DNA of 34,430 nt from Bdellovibrionales bacterium (GTDB lineage: Bacteria > Bdellovibrionota > Bdellovibrionia > Bdellovibrionales > DASUEL01). Positions 1-8,202 of the stretch are shown in pieces. Each line of letters begins with the position of its first letter. Position 1 is the first letter of the stretch. The stretch is taken from contig JBFWOZ010000030.1 in assembly GCA_050250255.1 (NCBI GenBank), positions 1 through 34,430 of the forward strand, in the 5' to 3' direction. The translations under genes and the position numbers were made by a program. The notes under the pieces are model-generated. The model was given only the letters and a program-made list of their open reading frames with translations, ran no database searches and was not told the origin of the DNA.

Positions 1-725
1 CTACAAGTGGCCGATTCAAAAATGGCCCAAAAAGCTAAAACCGTAGCCGCGAGACCCAGTATATTATTTTTAAACCCTGATTCATTTAGATAAACCCAAG
101 CGGACAAAATGGAAAAAGCGGATTCATGTGGTCCAAAACAAAAACCTAGTACCCGTTTATTGTCATAAGTGAGCCATTTTAAGGTCCACCCTTCGATATG
201 ACCTTGCTCCGGCATAAAAAAGCTCACAAAGGCATACTCGCTGAATATAGAAAATTGGTAGCCGAGAGCCTCCAAAATTGAAGCAAGGCTGCCTAAAAAT
301 ACGATCCAAAGGCTCAACCAGGTGAGGCTTTTTTTGTACAAATCGAGGCTGAGATTAAATCCTAAGATGAGAGCTAAAAACAAGAGCCCAATGATTTTAT
401 GAAAAAATATGGATCTCGCGGCATCCAGATTCATATCCCCAATAGCCACGAGATAACATGTTGTAGCGAGAAAGAGGCTCGTTCCTAGCAGAGGCCACAG
501 CATTTGGGAGTAATTTTTCTGCCAAGAAAAGCTAATGACATGAAAAAAGGCGACTGTTGCCAAGGGCAAAAGAATCGCAAAACGGCTATATTCTTTAATC
601 CCTAAAAAAGCGAATATGTGAAAGCGAAAAAGCACAAAAAGGATAACCGCACAAATGATTTTCATTTGCAGCTCTTGGTTGCGAGCTATGGAATGCTTGT
701 GCAGAGATGTTAATACTTGATACAT
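1..725 (-). CDS. Polytopic membrane protein, Wzy/WaaL (O-antigen polymerase/ligase)-like; runs off the window start
   Basis: Not in the ORF track. Manual translation is open from ATG 725 (or ATG 665, MKIICAVILF...) to the window edge. It has many hydrophobic helices and RVLGFCFGPHESAF, resembling the R-x-x-G-x-F-x-x-P-N loop of Wzy/WaaL. Divergent from a Wzz-like gene. Confidence 0.55.
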   Translation of the reverse strand, partial: MYQVLTSLHKHSIARNQELQMKIICAVILFVLFRFHIFAFLGIKEYSRFAILLPLATVAFFHVISFSWQKNYSQMLWPLLGTSLFLATTCYLVAIGDMNLDAARSIFFHKIIGLLFLALILGFNLSLDLYKKSLTWLSLWIVFLGSLASILEALGYQFSIFSEYAFVSFFMPEQGHIEGWTLKWLTYDNKRVLGFCFGPHESAFSILSAWVYLNESGFKNNILGLAATVLAFWAIFESATC

Positions 726-801
726 GGATAAAAGGCATATTAGCTTAAAGCCCAAGGTATTCAAGTGTTTCAAAGGACATTTTTAGAAAAGGGATCCCTC
801 T

Positions 802-1569
802 GTGGTAACGGCACATATGACAACAAAAACTCGATGGATTTTGCTGGCTCTTCCTCTTTGTGGAGCCTTGATTGGGGCGGTTTGTGGAATTCTCTCCCCT
901 AAACATGAGCTGTGGGCTTTTGATGTTCTTATGCCTATAATTCCAAAAATCTCTTACCAAGAAGATCGAAAAATTTGGAAACCGACGACTCTTCTCTCCC
1001 CATTCGAATTTGCAAGCATCATTAAAAATCAATTTTCTAAAACTCAAACTTCTCAAGATCCTTATGTTTCCAAAGTTTATTGGAATGCGGTTCACAGAGA
1101 TGCTTATTTGCAAATCACGGTTCGCGCTCCACAACAGGAAGCCGCAAAGACACTCATCGAAAAAATCATCGCCTACATGAATGAAAAATACGATGGAGAA
1201 TCACAGAGAGCCTTTGACCGACATAAAAAAGCTTTAGAAAAGCACACACTCTTTCGTGATCAGCTAGAAAAAAGAATTCGCGCTCTCGGAGGCACAGAAG
1301 GAAGCTCGCCTCTCGCCGGAGCCGTGGCGGAACTTCTCGCATCAAGACTTGATGAGCTCAATGGGAAAATCGAATTCGAAACAGAAGCTATTAGTGTTGA
1401 AGGTAGCCCAGTTTTCCGTCTCTTAGGTCCCGAAGAGGGCGTGTATTCTGGACGCTATCCCAATCTTCTTCTTTTGATTTTTGTAGGTCTTGTTTTGGGT
1501 TTTTGCTGTGATCTCTTATATATCATTTTTACTTCTCGTAAGAACTCTGAGGGAGGGTTAGCCCAATGA
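802..1569 (+). CDS. Wzz-like polysaccharide chain-length determinant / co-polymerase
   Basis: N- and C-terminal TM helices flank a periplasmic coiled coil (LEKHTLFRDQLEKRIRAL...LDELNGKIE). Pro precedes the C-terminal TM, which carries GLVLG. Glycan-cluster context. Confidence 0.6.
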   Translation: MVTAHMTTKTRWILLALPLCGALIGAVCGILSPKHELWAFDVLMPIIPKISYQEDRKIWKPTTLLSPFEFASIIKNQFSKTQTSQDPYVSKVYWNAVHRDAYLQITVRAPQQEAAKTLIEKIIAYMNEKYDGESQRAFDRHKKALEKHTLFRDQLEKRIRALGGTEGSSPLAGAVAELLASRLDELNGKIEFETEAISVEGSPVFRLLGPEEGVYSGRYPNLLLLIFVGLVLGFCCDLLYIIFTSRKNSEGGLAQ

Positions 1570-2531
1570 TGCCTCTTTTCGAACAAAAAACTTCCATTGT
1601 TCCGCTGTCCTCTTTTTTTGCGCTCGGCAAATCAGATCTTCCACTCACAGAGGAACAAAAAAAATTAGTCCACCAACTCAACGAACGTGTGAGTTCGGGG
1701 CAATTAAAAGTGGAGCAAGCTCGTTGTCTTTGCGGATCCGACACTTTCGAACTTGTGGCACAGGTGGATTGCCATGGAATTTACTCCCCAACTCAGCTTT
1801 GCAAGAGCTGTGGGATTATGGTCTCATCCCCACGCCTTACAGAAAAGGGTTATGCCGAATTTTATGGGCAGGATCTCTATCGTAGAATTTACGAGGTCGA
1901 TCACCACAAAGAAGCCCAGCGCAAAATGTCCAATCCTAATAAGGAAATTTTTGAGCAGGTGAACCGACAGCATCCAGTCCATTCAAAGACAGAAGTTTTA
2001 GAAATTGGCTCTGGTGGCGGCTGGAACCTCATCCCTTTCAAAAATGCAGGGGCAGAAGTCACAGGTTTAGATTATAGCCAAGACTTAGTGAAACTCGGAA
2101 CGGCCGCAGGAATGACAATGCTTCAAGGTGGGCTCGAGCAACTTTCAAAAAAATACGACGTCATTATTTTGAATCACGTCCTGGAGCATTTTCTAGATCC
2201 AATTACAGAACTTAAAAAAATCATGACTCACTTAAAACCAGATGGGGTATTTTATATTGCAGTTCCGAATTTGCTCAGGTTTAGCAGATCGCAAATCCAA
2301 AACGCTCATACTTATTATTTTACTCCACGCACGTTTCGCCATTTAGGGAAATTAGTGGGCCTTAAAGAATTAGATTTTGGTGTCGCTGAAAATTTTCATA
2401 TGTATGCGATTTATACCCATTCCAACAAGTCCATTGCCACCGCCAAAATTCCTTCGGACTACCGACTCATGAAGCGAACTTTACGTTTTTATTATTTAAA
2501 GCAAAAAGTGAAAGCTTTTCTGAAGCGCTAG
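1566..2531 (+). CDS. Class I SAM-dependent methyltransferase with N-terminal Cys (Zn-ribbon-like) motifs
   Basis: VLEIGSGGG (motif I), YDVIILNHVLEHFLDP, LKPDGVFYIAVP, plus CLCG...CKSCG. ATGA overlap with the upstream gene. Confidence 0.85.
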   Translation: MMPLFEQKTSIVPLSSFFALGKSDLPLTEEQKKLVHQLNERVSSGQLKVEQARCLCGSDTFELVAQVDCHGIYSPTQLCKSCGIMVSSPRLTEKGYAEFYGQDLYRRIYEVDHHKEAQRKMSNPNKEIFEQVNRQHPVHSKTEVLEIGSGGGWNLIPFKNAGAEVTGLDYSQDLVKLGTAAGMTMLQGGLEQLSKKYDVIILNHVLEHFLDPITELKKIMTHLKPDGVFYIAVPNLLRFSRSQIQNAHTYYFTPRTFRHLGKLVGLKELDFGVAENFHMYAIYTHSNKSIATAKIPSDYRLMKRTLRFYYLKQKVKAFLKR

Positions 2532-3196
2532 TTCGGGAAATCTTTTTTAAACTGTGCCGGCACACCTACGTAGACTCCAGGCCTTTCGACATTACGGATA
2601 AATGTGCTTCCTGCGCCCAAAATCACTTCGTTCCCGATCTTCAAATTGGGAATTGTGGCGCTACCAATACCCATAAAAACTAAGTCTCCAAGAGTCACAC
2701 GCCCTGCGACTGAAGAATTTGGGCCCAAGTGACTATGGGAACCAAGAATACTCTCGTGCTCAAAGACGGAGCCACTGTTAAGAATGTTATTGCTCCCAAT
2801 CTTACAAAGTGGACCTACAAACGTATTTTCTAAAATAATGTTACCATCACCCAATTGAACTTCTTGGCAAAGAGTTGCCGTGATCGCGATGTGATTGGGA
2901 AAAAGATAGCCCTGATTTTTCAATTGGGCATAGAGGGCTTTTCTTTTCTGATTATCCCCAATAGCGATAAAAATATTTTTGATTTTAAGTTGTTCGAGAG
3001 TTTTTAAAAGATCAGAAGATGACAAGACCGGTATTCCCAATACTTTTTCATCTTTATTTAGAACTGGGAGATGAGCAATATCCACAATGTGCTGAATTTG
3101 AAATTCATTTTTTCGTAAGAGGCTCGACGCCACAGATCGAGCATGTCCACCCGCTCCAACAATTACACATTTTTGCATCATAGAACTATTTTCCAT
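2528..3196 (-). CDS. NeuD/PglD-family sugar acetyltransferase (hexapeptide repeat)
   Basis: IVGAGGHARSV, IAIGDNQKRK, left-handed beta-helix repeats and C-terminal YVGVPA. Confidence 0.9.
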   Translation of the reverse strand: MENSSMMQKCVIVGAGGHARSVASSLLRKNEFQIQHIVDIAHLPVLNKDEKVLGIPVLSSSDLLKTLEQLKIKNIFIAIGDNQKRKALYAQLKNQGYLFPNHIAITATLCQEVQLGDGNIILENTFVGPLCKIGSNNILNSGSVFEHESILGSHSHLGPNSSVAGRVTLGDLVFMGIGSATIPNLKIGNEVILGAGSTFIRNVERPGVYVGVPAQFKKDFPN

Positions 3197-3211
3197 ATTT
3201 TTCTCGATTGA

Positions 3212-4012
3212 TCAAAGCCACTCAGAGCCTGACACTCGATAGCGTTCCGGGAGTTCGTCGGTAAACCGCTCCTCTTTTTTTACAATCCAATTGAAATAGA
3301 GGATGTGCCAAAGAGCCGCCACTCCATCTTTCCAGGAGATCTTTTTCCCCTGAAGGTAATTGCGCGGGTAATAGCTGATCGGATATTCCAGAATCCGCAC
3401 GCGAAGTCTTGCCACGTGAGCTGTGAACTCGACTTCAAAGCCGAAACGTGGACTATGAAGCACGAGATTTTTAAGAATCTCCGTACGACAAGCTTTGTAA
3501 CAAGTCTCCATGTCGGTAAGGTAAAGGCCACTAAGAAGATTGCTTAGTAAAGTGAGGAACCGATTCACAAAGTAATGATAGGTACGGTGAACCTGAAGCG
3601 CGTTTTTTTTAAAGCGGCTTCCATAAACGATGTCGGCTTTTTCTTCTACGATTGCGTTGACGAGTTGTGGGATTTCATTCGGGTCGTATTCAAAGTCGGC
3701 GTCTTGGACGATCGCGATTGTGCCTGAGCAAAGGTCTATGGCTTTTTGAATGGCCGAACCTTTACCGGCATTTTTTGGTAACTGCTCAAAGAGGATTTCA
3801 ATATTTTTAGTCCGAAGACGCTCCATGTTCTGATCTATGAACTCCTGGATCAGCTGCGGAGAATGGTCCTTTGAGCAATCATCAACAAAGATCATTTCGC
3901 AGGGAAGTCCCCAGGGAACCTCCACTAAAGTTTCGCAGAATTTCTGAATATTACGCTCTTCGTTATATACAGGAATTAATAACGAAAGTTTATGCGCCTT
4001 CTTTGTCGTCAT
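3212..4012 (-). CDS. GT2 glycosyltransferase, polyprenol-phosphate glycosyltransferase (DPM1/GtrB-like)
   Basis: LIPVYNEE, VDDCSKD, NAGKGSA, QDADFEYDP, TDMETCYK, FGFEVE, GKKISWKDG. Start trimmed to ATG 4012 (MTTKKAHK) because the longer ORF overlaps the divergent gene. Confidence 0.9.
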   Translation of the reverse strand: MTTKKAHKLSLLIPVYNEERNIQKFCETLVEVPWGLPCEMIFVDDCSKDHSPQLIQEFIDQNMERLRTKNIEILFEQLPKNAGKGSAIQKAIDLCSGTIAIVQDADFEYDPNEIPQLVNAIVEEKADIVYGSRFKKNALQVHRTYHYFVNRFLTLLSNLLSGLYLTDMETCYKACRTEILKNLVLHSPRFGFEVEFTAHVARLRVRILEYPISYYPRNYLQGKKISWKDGVAALWHILYFNWIVKKEERFTDELPERYRVSGSEWL

Positions 4013-4072
4013 GTGAAACCACAATAGCGTTTTCTTAGTGCGAGATCTACTCAAAAGAGATAGGTTCTGACT

Positions 4073-5092
4073 ATGATTCGTATTGGCGTTATCGGCCTGG
4101 GTTTTGGCCGTCATGTACATATCCCGGCGTTGAAATTGATTCCTCAGGCGCAGCTCGTGGCCGTGTCTGCACGAACGGCTCAAAGTGCCGAGGCGGTCGC
4201 CGCGAGCGAAAAGGTTCAGGCCTTTACCGATCCGCTGGAACTCATCGCTTCACCAGACGTGGACGCGGTAATTTTGGCGGTACCCCCCAATGCGCAGCCG
4301 GATTTGATTCGTCAGTGCATACAAAAGAAAAAACATGTCTTTCTAGAAAAGCCTGTCGGCGGTGGTACCGCAGAGGCTATGAAGTTGTATCAAGAGATGC
4401 AAAGGTCGTCACTCATACACATGATCGACTTTGAATTCTGCGATCTCCCCGCTTGGAAAAGCTTCGCGACAGAACTTCCTTCCCTTGGTGAGTTACGACA
4501 AGTCAATGTGTCGTGGAATTCCGAAACCGTTTCGCAAAAAAACTATGCACTCCAAAAAACAAATTCCTGGAAAATTGATCTCACACAAGGCGGGGGCACG
4601 CTTAATAATTTAGGAAGCCACGCCCTTTATTATCTCGAACATTTTTTTGGCCCTATGAAATCTCTCTTGTGCTCTCTCGAGAGCGGAAGCTGGCCGACAG
4701 ATTCGACAATGAGAATGTTGGTAGAGTGGCCGAAATTTGTAGGACAAGTCGTGATTGCGACCAACTGCCCAGGAGGAAACGGCCACCGCATCGAAGTCCA
4801 CGGCAGCGAAGCAAGTCTCCAACTTGATAACTCCACCGCCGACTACATGAGCGACTTCCGTCTCACAAAAACCACACGCGGAAGTATCCGCACAGACCTC
4901 ACACCTCCCGAACCCCCAAGCACTCACAAAGACGGCCGCGTCCAAGCCGTTCACCGCCTCCTCACCCGCTGGATCGAAGGCATCAAAAATAACACCCAAG
5001 TCTCCCCCAACCTCGCCCACGGCGCCCGAGTCGAACACCTCATCGACCAATGCCGCCTCTCCCACCAATCCCGTTCCTGGCAAGCCCAATAA
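4073..5092 (+). CDS. Gfo/Idh/MocA family oxidoreductase
   Basis: IGVIGLGFG Rossmann motif, KHVFLEKP, GGGTLNNLGSH. Confidence 0.9.
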   Translation: MIRIGVIGLGFGRHVHIPALKLIPQAQLVAVSARTAQSAEAVAASEKVQAFTDPLELIASPDVDAVILAVPPNAQPDLIRQCIQKKKHVFLEKPVGGGTAEAMKLYQEMQRSSLIHMIDFEFCDLPAWKSFATELPSLGELRQVNVSWNSETVSQKNYALQKTNSWKIDLTQGGGTLNNLGSHALYYLEHFFGPMKSLLCSLESGSWPTDSTMRMLVEWPKFVGQVVIATNCPGGNGHRIEVHGSEASLQLDNSTADYMSDFRLTKTTRGSIRTDLTPPEPPSTHKDGRVQAVHRLLTRWIEGIKNNTQVSPNLAHGARVEHLIDQCRLSHQSRSWQAQ

Positions 5093-5181
5093 AAGGTGCC
5101 AGTGTCATTTTTCTGGCTACATTGCTTCATCAAAATGGACGCAACGTAGCCAGAAAAATGACACTGGCACCTTTTATTGGG
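5085..5181. repeat. REPIN-like long hairpin element, copy 1
   Basis: Perfect 36-bp inverted repeat (5085-5120 / 5146-5181) plus an inner TTGC/GCAA pair and loop TTCATCAAAATGGAC. Homologous to 27316-27403. Lies between convergent genes. Confidence 0.85.
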
Positions 5182-6628
5182 AGACCCAGTTGCGGGAGGC
5201 GGATTGGGCTTCGGGGAAGAAGTAGCCAAACGAGAAGCCGCCGCGGGAGTAGACGATTTCTTTTGTTTGGAAGTTGGTGGCGCCGGCATCGTGCACGACG
5301 TGGTTCCATTGGTCGGTCGACATGGAAGATGTGTTGACGAAAAGTCGAAAGGTGATGCGGCTTGAGAGGAAGTATAAATAACCAAATTCCGACTGCCAGC
5401 CCAGGAGACCGCGAGTGTCGTTCTTTGATCCGTCCCAAGTCACATGACTTATTGCTACGGAAGGCACAACCTCCGCATAAATCAATCCACCAGGGGTTTG
5501 TACTCCCACTTGAGGGCCCACTCCAAATAAAAAATGATACCAATCAAAGCGTTTATGTTCGATAGCGTTGTACAAATTGTTTTTGAATCGCAGTCGTTTG
5601 TAGTTGGCATCGGCACTCGATACAAAACCGTAATGAAATCTCCAATGGCCACGGCTTTGTGAGGCTTTTAAATTTTTGATGGAGATGTTGCTCAAATAAC
5701 TAAAGGGATTTCCTTCATGAATTTCTTCAGAAGAATATCCCGTCAGATCATCTTTTACGGATGAAACCCCTTGCCCCACGCTCAGACCAAGAGAGTTTGG
5801 CATCAGGAGCACCACTTGCCTCCCAATGTGCTCAAAAGAATCTTCACAAAAATGTTTAAATTTGGTTTTTGGAATCTGCAGAGACCAAGCCGTATTTTCG
5901 TCCGTGTACATATCAACAACGGATCCCTCCACCTTCAAAGCCTCAGGCAGGTCACTCACCACGGTTTCTAAAATATGCGTCGGTTTGACCTTCGATTCGC
6001 TCGAACTGTGTAGAGCTGCATACAAACTTTCTCTTTGTTTTACAGATAAACTTTCTTCTTCGTAACCATGACGACGAAACATGCTTAGACTTTTAAAATA
6101 AGGCTCTACGAAAACGTTTTTATATTTTCGATGGATTTCTTTTTCGAGTTCTTTGGCAATCTCATCTCCCAGGAGACGCCCCACTCCCTTTGGAGGAGCT
6201 ATCACTACTCGCCTCATACGAGTTGCAAATAAAGGTTCCGATCTTTTTTCGCCCCCTAAAGCAATTCGAGGAAGTGCTTCGTAATTCCAAGCCGCTTGAG
6301 TGTACATGTCTATACTCCAACCCACAGGGATCATAGGCCAAAACCAGACGAATAAAAAGTTTCCGGCGAAACTATCTCCCCAGCGATATTTAGTTTCTAA
6401 GTCGAGAGTAATATCTGGCCTTGAAGGGAATTTAATAAGAAGCGACTTCTGCTTAGCTCTTGGAATTTGAATAAAAGTGGGCGTTTTATCTAAAAGCTCA
6501 CTACCCATGTAAACTTCCGCGCCCGGCGGGTCAGTTACCACTTTTAAAGTCTGGTACTGCCCTTGAAAAGTCGAGCACGAGATCAGTCCCATTAAAAGAA
6601 AGGAACATTTCAAAAAACGGCTTATCAT
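5174..6628 (-). CDS. Putative lipoprotein with N-terminal PEGA domain and C-terminal beta-strand-rich (possible OM barrel) region
   Basis: Lipobox-like LMGLISC and PEGA signature LKVVTDPPGAEVYMG...KTP. Alternating aromatic/Gly strands end in GGFSFGYFF. ATG 6628 overlaps the upstream TGA. Confidence 0.6.
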   Translation of the reverse strand: MISRFLKCSFLLMGLISCSTFQGQYQTLKVVTDPPGAEVYMGSELLDKTPTFIQIPRAKQKSLLIKFPSRPDITLDLETKYRWGDSFAGNFLFVWFWPMIPVGWSIDMYTQAAWNYEALPRIALGGEKRSEPLFATRMRRVVIAPPKGVGRLLGDEIAKELEKEIHRKYKNVFVEPYFKSLSMFRRHGYEEESLSVKQRESLYAALHSSSESKVKPTHILETVVSDLPEALKVEGSVVDMYTDENTAWSLQIPKTKFKHFCEDSFEHIGRQVVLLMPNSLGLSVGQGVSSVKDDLTGYSSEEIHEGNPFSYLSNISIKNLKASQSRGHWRFHYGFVSSADANYKRLRFKNNLYNAIEHKRFDWYHFLFGVGPQVGVQTPGGLIYAEVVPSVAISHVTWDGSKNDTRGLLGWQSEFGYLYFLSSRITFRLFVNTSSMSTDQWNHVVHDAGATNFQTKEIVYSRGGFSFGYFFPEAQSASRNWVSQ

Positions 6629-8202
6629 TGCAAACACCATGGAGGAACATTCGTCCCGGTATCAATCACGGCTACTTCGTTAGGAAGTCCAAAAACCGAA
6701 TAAGAATGGACTCTTACCGGAGGAAGATCTTGCCCTTCTCGAAGATTCTTTTGAAGTGTGATCTCTTTCCCAAAAACTTTTTTCGGTTTAATCAAGAATT
6801 GTGGTTTAGCCCCGTCTTCATACACTCGCGGGAATTGCGCCATGATCCGTTCTAATAAAAGCCCGCGATCCGCCCCTGCCTTCTGCAAAGCTTTTTCAAT
6901 ACAAGCTGGCTCAAACACAAAAATGTCGCGACCATAACCTGCAGAAATATTGTAAGGACTTATGCCTTCTTGTTCGAGAGACTCGGCGAGCTTCCACCGA
7001 GCCGACGTTGTTTCCAAGTTGTAAAGATTGGTGAGCAGGCTCACAAAAAGCACGGGGCAAAGATAAAACCATTTTTCTCCAAGTAACGAAGATGGCCGAG
7101 CGGCTCTCGCAAAACAAAAAACAAAGGGAAGGCTTAGCACGATAGAATAACGTACATCTTGCACGCCACGAAAGGCGTTGAAGGCACTTAGCACAAACAC
7201 ACCGAAGAGAGTACCGTAGAGCAAAGCAAACTGAGAGAAGGAATAAGCTCTCATGAGTTGCCATACTGGGTAGAGGCCCCATACACCCGCACTCACGATC
7301 GCCGCTCCCACTACGGGAGGGAGATAACCTGTAAAGAGAACCCCAACCGCCAAAATTTCAGGACTCACTTTGAGTAAAAGTACGAGTAAAAAAAGATGCA
7401 GAGGTAAAAGCACTCGCGCTGCTTTTAAAGTTTGAGAAGTCCATGGCACAAAGGGAAGTAAAAAAAGTCCAATAGAAAGAAGAAGCTGCAGAAAAGTAAA
7501 AGATGCTTTCATGATTTGAAACGAAAGATCTTGTGTGAAGTGATGGATGAGCCAAGCAATCCCCTCACTCTGCAAGATCGAAGGTGGAAAAAAGCGATAC
7601 ACCGCTAAACCAATGAGGCTTCCCACAACGAGCGTGAGCCCTACTCTCTTTTTCCCAGCAACTAATAATGCTAAACCCCACCCAAACGGCAAAGCTAAGA
7701 AAGACTGATACTGGATTCCCGTGAGAACAATCCCTAGTATCATAACAAAATATTTAAAAAAGTTTTGTCGTGAACTAGAAAGCACCTGTTCCGTGAGCAC
7801 CCAAAGCAAAGCGATCAAGCAAGCGGTATACACGTCTGTCAAAAAGCTAGCCCCGTACTGCACCCACACCGGGAAAAGAAAATAGCTTGCGATCAAAAAA
7901 ATAGAAAAACGAGTTCGTCTCCACACGCTTACGATCAAAATCCAAAACAAACTCCACGTAAGAAAGGTCAAGAGAGCGAGTGGTGAGACCTGAGGCAAAA
8001 GACCCACAAGGCTCGCCCCTAAAAGCGATTGTGTCCACGTACCGGCCCAATTGAGTGGGTGAGAAGCCCACTTCCCTTGAGCTAAATCCATCACGAACCG
8101 AGCGTAAACGGCGTCATCCTGTGAAAACGAAGTTCTCCATGGCTGAAGTATAGCCGTGCAGAGGAGAAAAAGTAGGAGGGCAAAAAGTTTTTGATTCTTC
8201 AT
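6625..8202 (-). CDS. GT-C fold integral membrane glycosyltransferase (ArnT/PMT-like)
   Basis: More than 10 TM helices. Acidic DD motif in the first loop (FSQDDAVY), then SFLTDVY and DVRY, and a C-terminal soluble domain. Start set at ATG 8202 (ATGA overlap with the GT4 stop). Confidence 0.65.
   Translation of the reverse strand: MKNQKLFALLLFLLCTAILQPWRTSFSQDDAVYARFVMDLAQGKWASHPLNWAGTWTQSLLGASLVGLLPQVSPLALLTFLTWSLFWILIVSVWRRTRFSIFLIASYFLFPVWVQYGASFLTDVYTACLIALLWVLTEQVLSSSRQNFFKYFVMILGIVLTGIQYQSFLALPFGWGLALLVAGKKRVGLTLVVGSLIGLAVYRFFPPSILQSEGIAWLIHHFTQDLSFQIMKASFTFLQLLLSIGLFLLPFVPWTSQTLKAARVLLPLHLFLLVLLLKVSPEILAVGVLFTGYLPPVVGAAIVSAGVWGLYPVWQLMRAYSFSQFALLYGTLFGVFVLSAFNAFRGVQDVRYSIVLSLPFVFCFARAARPSSLLGEKWFYLCPVLFVSLLTNLYNLETTSARWKLAESLEQEGISPYNISAGYGRDIFVFEPACIEKALQKAGADRGLLLERIMAQFPRVYEDGAKPQFLIKPKKVFGKEITLQKNLREGQDLPPVRVHSYSVFGLPNEVAVIDTGTNVPPWCLQ

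Noticed and set aside
4013..4183. N-terminal extension of the GT2 ORF to 323 aa
   Set aside because: It overlaps the divergent oxidoreductase start, and GT2 similarity begins just after ATG 4012.
4610..5089. 159-aa antisense ORF and other short ORFs at 4951-5565
   Set aside because: Shadow frames caused by the local C3 bias and the palindrome. No RBS or recognisable motifs.
5085..5181. Hairpins as simple intrinsic terminators, a CRISPR array or IS ends
   Set aside because: The 36-37 bp stems with a conserved loop in two places exceed terminator needs, although they may also terminate. There is no repeat-spacer array, cas gene, transposase or direct target duplication.
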